Assembly (NCBI GenBank): GCA_001914235.1
Contig: MQUF01000006.1
Span: forward strand, 203,234 to 267,233
Direction of reading: 5' to 3'
Origin: Desulfobulbaceae bacterium DB1
GTDB taxonomy: Bacteria > Desulfobacterota > Desulfobulbia > Desulfobulbales > SURF-16
DNA: 64,000 bases
Made by a program: the position numbers and the translations under genes. The notes under the pieces are model-generated. The model saw only the letters and a list, made by a program, of their open reading frames with translations. It had not been told where the DNA came from and did no database searches. Shown here piece by piece: positions 60,451-64,000 of this stretch. Every line of letters begins with the position of its first letter. Within the stretch, counting starts at the first letter, position 1.

Positions 60451-61338
60451 TCAACCAGTCACTCCCATCGGTCCAAAAACAAAATCGTTGAGCAATCTTT
60501 CCAGCCTCTGCCTGGTTTTGTGCAGGTTGTTGTAATGCCGGAATTTCGACAATTTCCCGGCATGGTTGAAGCGGGGCTGGCTCGGATCGATTTCCCAGGG
60601 ATGGAGATAAAAAACAAAGGGCTTGCGCTCGTCGCTATTAATTTTTTTCAGGGCCATTTTCGTAAACCAGTAAGGGAACAGGCGGAAATAGCCGCCGCCG
60701 GCCACAGGAATTTTTCTTCCCAGGAAAAGCGACGTGGAAATAGGATATTCCATCATGTCATGGTTTGGCAATTTATATTCGAAACGGGGGGCGTCCGGAA
60801 TACCGTAGTTGTCATGATAAATGGGAAAGATGCTTGAATCGTATTTGAAGCCGAGTTCCTCCAGAATATCCAAGGCCCAAAGCGATTTTTTTGTTATCGA
60901 ATAACTGGGGGCGCGGTAGCCGACGACCGCCTTGCCTGTTATTTCTTCAAGAATATCCTTGGCCCGCCGGGTGTCTTCCCTGAATTCAGCGGGCGAAAGA
61001 TCATAAATTTTTCTGTGCAGATAGCTGTGGCAGCCTATTTCGTGCCCATGCCGGACAATTTCTTTTACCAGCGCCGGACAGCGTTCGGCAATCCAGCCGA
61101 CAATAAAAAATGTGGCTTTGACATTATGGGCAGCCAGCAGATTTAAAATATTCCCGGTGTTGTTTTCCACCCGCAAATCGCACCCTCCCCATTCTCGGGG
61201 AGAAATTACTTTTTCGAATGCCGCAACCTGAAAATAGTCTTCAACATCAATGGTGAGGTAGTTGGTTGGCTGGTTCAATTTGTTGTTTGGTCTAATTGGT
61301 CTGATTGGTCGGGTTGGTTGGATTGGTTTTCTCCGCAT
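60451..61338 (-). CDS. Polysaccharide deacetylase of the exosortase-locus (DUF3473-containing) type
   Basis: Motifs LTIDVEDYFQV, ATFFIVGW, GCHSYLH, DSSIFP and GGGYFRLFPY. ATG 61338 is the first Met. The N-terminal PIQPTRPIRPIRPNNKLNQPTN is encoded by the nonamer repeat. Confidence 0.85.
   Translation of the reverse strand: MRRKPIQPTRPIRPIRPNNKLNQPTNYLTIDVEDYFQVAAFEKVISPREWGGCDLRVENNTGNILNLLAAHNVKATFFIVGWIAERCPALVKEIVRHGHEIGCHSYLHRKIYDLSPAEFREDTRRAKDILEEITGKAVVGYRAPSYSITKKSLWALDILEELGFKYDSSIFPIYHDNYGIPDAPRFEYKLPNHDMMEYPISTSLFLGRKIPVAGGGYFRLFPYWFTKMALKKINSDERKPFVFYLHPWEIDPSQPRFNHAGKLSKFRHYNNLHKTRQRLERLLNDFVFGPMGVTG
61261..61332. repeat. Second nonamer tandem array (8 units, TTGGTCNNN register)
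   Basis: TTGGTCTAA (61288-61296), TTGGTCTGA, TTGGTCGGG, TTGGTTGGA and TTGGTTTTC, plus degenerate upstream units. Two units are identical or near-identical to units at 29760-29777. Confidence 0.8.
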
Positions 61339-61425
61339 TCCGAAATCCCAAATCCCAAATCCGCTATTGCATGACATCGAACATAACCACACCCTGCGGT
61401 CTCCGATGCCGTATTTGCCTCTTTC

Positions 61426-61779
61426 TCACAAAAACATGCGATAATCAGCACGAAGAGCATCTGCCAGTCTTTTGGCCACCTCTTTGCCGATGGGACGCTT
61501 CCCGTTTTCCATCTCCGAAATATGCCGTTGGGGGATACCTGTCAATTCCGATAATTGCCGTTGTGTAAGGTTTTCCCGGTGTCGATAACCACGCAGCGCA
61601 ATCTGCTGCTCTTTTCCCGCATACTCTGGGAATACTTCGGCGATGGTATAGGTACGCTCTTCCGCCTCGTCGATCGCCTTAGCATACTCTCTCACCTTTG
61701 CCGCATTACTGCGATGAACCCGCACACGAATCGTCACATAGTCTTTATCAATATGGTGCTTTCTCATGGGTTCCGGCAT
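61426..61779 (-). CDS. HTH (XRE-type) antitoxin, HigA-like position downstream of the toxin
   Basis: ATG 61779 has a GGAGG SD inside the toxin 3' end. C-terminal HTH: LTQRQLSELTGIPQRHISEMENGKRPIG. Confidence 0.8.
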   Translation of the reverse strand: MPEPMRKHHIDKDYVTIRVRVHRSNAAKVREYAKAIDEAEERTYTIAEVFPEYAGKEQQIALRGYRHRENLTQRQLSELTGIPQRHISEMENGKRPIGKEVAKRLADALRADYRMFL

Positions 61780-62029
61780 AAACCACCTCCACCAAACAAA
61801 TTTCCCCTTTGCATTCCCGCCATACGGCCACATCATAGGTTGGTTTCCCCTTCTTCAAATGGCAATGATGCTCCGAGTTGGACAATTTGGAGTAATTCGG
61901 CCAGTCTCCGCGTATTGGCCCTCTTGCCTCGATATCACGAACCAACTGAAACAGGATTTCGCGCACCTTGACGGGCAGCTTCTCCTTCTGCTTCCGCGCC
62001 CTTCAGGTGAATTCTACTACCCACTTCAC
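61748..62029 (-). pseudogene. RelE/YafQ-like toxin interrupted by an in-frame TGA at codon 9
   Basis: From GTG 62029: VKWVVEFT-TGA(62005-62003)-RARKQKEKLPVKVREILFQLVRDIE...HHCHLKKGKPTYDVAVWRE..GEICLVEVVYAGTHEKAPY. The N-terminus before the stop matches the usual toxin start (MKWxVEFT..A.KQL.KLP). Confidence 0.6.
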
Positions 62030-62046
62030 AATATATACCAATTATT

Positions 62047-62090
62047 AGATTTCTGTTGGGTTGCGCTGCGCTTAACCCAACCTACAAACT
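62047..62090. repeat. REP-like GTAG hairpin repeat, copy R1
   Basis: AGATTTCTGTTGGGTTGCGCTGCGCTTAACCCAACCTACAAACT. The stem is GTTGGGTT/AACCCAAC. The minus strand reads GTAGGTTGGGTTAAGCGCAGCGCAACCCAAC. Confidence 0.85.
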
Positions 62091-62119
62091 TGCCTTGACG
62101 ATGCGGAAGGTCTCTTCGT

Positions 62120-62205
62120 AGATGGTTTTGCGCGGGCCGAGGGCCACCCCCTCGATGATTCCCTTAGCGGAAATGCGGTAAACAATCCGCATGTTCTTGA
62201 CCCGC
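62120..62205 (-). pseudogene. 3' fragment of a second RelE/ParE-type toxin gene (copy A)
   Basis: The minus-strand frame reads NLRVKNMRIVYRISAKGIIEGVALGPRKTIYEE..., the C-terminal RelE/ParE pattern. It has no start codon and is bounded by R2 and R1. Confidence 0.6.
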
Positions 62206-62249
62206 AGATTTCTGTTGGGTTGCGCTGCGCTTAACCCAACCTACAAACT
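62206..62249. repeat. REP-like GTAG hairpin repeat, copy R2
   Basis: Identical 44-mer to R1, lying 159 nt from it. Confidence 0.85.
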
Positions 62250-62308
62250 CTCCACCGCATGAATAAGCGCTTAATTCTTTCTTCCAGCTTATACGGGCAT
62301 TTCTTCGT

Positions 62309-63718
62309 TTACTGCCGATCCCGCACCAGCTTCCAGGCATCAAACTCGGACAACTTCAGCCGATACATGGCCACATTGCCCTCATGCAAGCGCTGCAAGG
62401 CATCCTGCACCATCTTGGCAAACATGGCGGAGTCACTGCCCGGCACCAACTGATCGGCCAGTTGGTGAACATTCTGAGCGGAAGGCTCCTTACTTTCTCG
62501 AACAATAGACTGCACGGCATCGATCAAGGTCTCCCGGTAGCGGATGCGTAAAGGATCAGGCTCAGCCATGGTCTGGGTGATGGCGAGATAGCGCTGACAG
62601 GAACGCTCATAAGCCCAAACAAAGACATCGCGCAACAGGTCAACCTGGTTGAGCTCATAGACGCCTAAAGTGCCGTCCACATATGCCTGTTCCGGCACAT
62701 CGACGAAAGACAGCGGACAGAGGTTGTGGCGAAAGAGCGGAATGTTGGCCCCCAAGCGGGAGACCCGCTTGTTGACATCCTCGAATGGCTGGAGATACGG
62801 CAACTGGACCATCACGAAAAAGGCTTGCTCAAAGGGGTCGGGGATGGCAGCACCCTTCGCGAGCAGCAAACGGAAGCAGTCCTCCAGAACTTGGGGCATG
62901 GCCAACGGGTGGAAGACCGAGCCCGCGATGTCTACCGGCCGGCGACGTAAGCGCCCGCAGGCGTCTTCATCGTGGAGCAGGTTTTCCGACAACAGGGCGT
63001 GCAGGTTGAGGAAGGTGAAGGGATTGAACCCAACCTGATCGACCTCTTCGATAAGCATTTCGATGGCTGCCTTGTGATTCAGGATCATCTGGGTTTCCTG
63101 AATATCCTTGCCTGCCGCCGCCTGTCCAAACTCGATCAGATTTTTGGTATCGAGACGGCTGTAAGTGTTGCCCTCCAACCTGGACGAGGCCCAGGAGAGA
63201 TCAACCAGTAAACGATTCAGGAGTTCCCGGGCATAGGTTCCTGCCGGCCGTTGGTCAGGCGAGGTACTGCCCATGGCATGGAGGTCGGCCCGCAGTGACT
63301 CGGGGAGATAGAAGGTAACGCCTGGCTCGTAGTCCTCAAGGAACGTCCGCTGATACCCGACAGGCTGCCGTTGCATCAGGGGACGCCGGATGAGATCGCA
63401 AATGATGCCGCCTTCTCGCGAAACCGGGATATATGGTTCAGTCTCGACACGACCTGCCCCTTTTGCCGTGCGGTCTCGTCTGCCGCGCAATTCGTTTGGG
63501 GCGCGCTTGTAAACCAGAGCGATGCTTTCGCCTTCGGTCGTGATGCGTGCATCCACCATGAGGCGTTCCAGGCGGCGCTGCAAGGTACGACGGTTGAGCA
63601 TTTTCGGCAGGCGGCGGTGGAGGGCCTCTTCCAGGGCTGAGATGCCGATACCCTCGGGATGCTCTGAAATTACCCGTTCGATCAGCTCTAATTCTTCAGC
63701 AGGCACACTACGCGACAT
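62309..63718 (-). CDS. Fic/Doc family protein with an N-terminal winged helix and a non-canonical active-site motif
   Basis: ATG 63718 (MSRSVPAEELELIERV...). The Fic-core region is AFFVMVQLPYLQPFEDVNKRVSRLGANIPL. Confidence 0.8.
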   Translation of the reverse strand: MSRSVPAEELELIERVISEHPEGIGISALEEALHRRLPKMLNRRTLQRRLERLMVDARITTEGESIALVYKRAPNELRGRRDRTAKGAGRVETEPYIPVSREGGIICDLIRRPLMQRQPVGYQRTFLEDYEPGVTFYLPESLRADLHAMGSTSPDQRPAGTYARELLNRLLVDLSWASSRLEGNTYSRLDTKNLIEFGQAAAGKDIQETQMILNHKAAIEMLIEEVDQVGFNPFTFLNLHALLSENLLHDEDACGRLRRRPVDIAGSVFHPLAMPQVLEDCFRLLLAKGAAIPDPFEQAFFVMVQLPYLQPFEDVNKRVSRLGANIPLFRHNLCPLSFVDVPEQAYVDGTLGVYELNQVDLLRDVFVWAYERSCQRYLAITQTMAEPDPLRIRYRETLIDAVQSIVRESKEPSAQNVHQLADQLVPGSDSAMFAKMVQDALQRLHEGNVAMYRLKLSEFDAWKLVRDRQ

Positions 63719-63852
63719 GAAAGTTCCCCTTGATGGCTTCGTTGCATGGTTTCCCCCGGCCGGCAACGGCAGGAACGACACAAAAGAGTGACATCATAAT
63801 GGCATACGTTAATGTCGCGCGTCAACAATAATTTGAATAACCATATCGCTCA

Positions 63853-63896
63853 AGATTTCTGTTGGGTTGCGCTGCGCTTAACCCAACCTGCAAACT
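63853..63896. repeat. REP-like hairpin repeat, copy R3 (one substitution: GCAG instead of GTAG)
   Basis: AGATTTCTGTTGGGTTGCGCTGCGCTTAACCCAACCTGCAAACT. Confidence 0.85.
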
Positions 63897-63902
63897 CTTC
63901 AC

Positions 63903-63988
63903 AGATGGTTTTGCGCAGGCCGGGAGCCACCACCTCGATGATTCCCTTGGCGGAAATGCGGTAAACAATCCGCATGTTCTTGACCCGC
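63903..63988 (-). pseudogene. 3' fragment of the RelE/ParE-type toxin gene (copy B)
   Basis: Same 86 nt as 62120-62205 with 5 mismatches by eye. It reads ..LRVKNMRIVYRISAKGIIEVVAPGLRKTI.. Confidence 0.6.
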
Positions 63989-64000
63989 AGATTTCTGTTG
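63989..64000. repeat. REP-like hairpin repeat, copy R4 (cut by the window edge)
   Basis: AGATTTCTGTTG is the first 12 nt of the 44-mer. Confidence 0.7.

Noticed and set aside
60343-60837. The plus-strand 164-aa ORF spanning the EpsI-deacetylase gap, and the 96-aa ORF at 50426..50716.
   Set aside because: Both mostly overlap well-supported minus-strand genes and have no motifs or SD. They are likely spurious.
62003-62005. The in-frame TGA in the RelE-like toxin as selenocysteine or programmed read-through.
   Set aside because: No hairpin resembling a SECIS follows it, and the position is a variable surface residue in such toxins. A nonsense mutation in a decaying TA module is the simpler explanation.
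62047-62249. The hairpin repeats as integron attC sites. They contain GTTGGGT (GTTRRRY) and ACCCAAC (RYYYAAC), and TA cassettes are typical of chromosomal integrons.
   Set aside because: Within each repeat the order is GTTRRRY...RYYYAAC, the opposite polarity to attC (RYYYAAC...GTTRRRY). Treating ACCCAAC of one repeat and GTTGGGT of the next as one long attC fails because the adjacent L-type sequences are not complementary. No intI is in the window. This is kept only as something to exclude when the flanking sequence is available.
62047-64000. The 44-nt repeats as a CRISPR array.
   Set aside because: Spacing is 115 nt, ~1.6 kb and 92 nt rather than regular 30-40 nt spacers. The intervening pieces are a duplicated gene fragment and a full gene. 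No cas genes are present.

Overview
The window looks like chromosomal DNA from a Gram-negative anaerobe, possibly Desulfobacterota-like; that placement is inferred from gene content only. About 1-34 kb is GC-rich housekeeping. It starts with an IS transposase cut by the left edge, then MucR, murI, lolA, a B12/radical-SAM enzyme with cobU-cobD, an S1-domain protein and a response regulator. A minus-strand block follows (rlmB-gmk-remA-yicC-heptose kinase), then two divergent rhodanese/chemoreceptor operons, dnaE and rfbBACD. About 34.6-46.5 kb is a plus-strand LPS-core cluster: waaG, two Kdo/WaaP-type kinases, an MsbA-like exporter, O-antigen ligase, GT9/GT4 transferases and a KpsS-like protein. 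About 46.5-52.4 kb is an IS-riddled junction with an intact IS1380 copy, kdsB, an intact IS3 copy, a sulfotransferase and a decayed IS3 copy. About 52.4-61.4 kb is a visibly AT-richer minus-strand exosortase/EpsI exopolysaccharide locus. The last 2.6 kb holds a toxin-antitoxin pair, a Fic-family gene and a set of GTAG-type hairpin repeats. The five most interesting observations are: (1) repeated hairpin / toxin-fragment / hairpin modules sit upstream of the Fic and TA genes. (2) An in-frame UGA joins two rhodanese ORFs, with a Cys-containing paralog and an fdhF-like SECIS hairpin. (3) Each of the two divergent operons pairs an exported rhodanese protein with a chemoreceptor. (4) The same 9-nt tandem repeat occurs at the 5' ends of dnaE and of the polysaccharide deacetylase gene. 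(5) A ~166-nt strongly structured intergenic element lies at 9.2 kb. No tRNA, rRNA or CRISPR array was seen. All calls come from reading the sequence and ORF translations and recalling family motifs. No database search was run.
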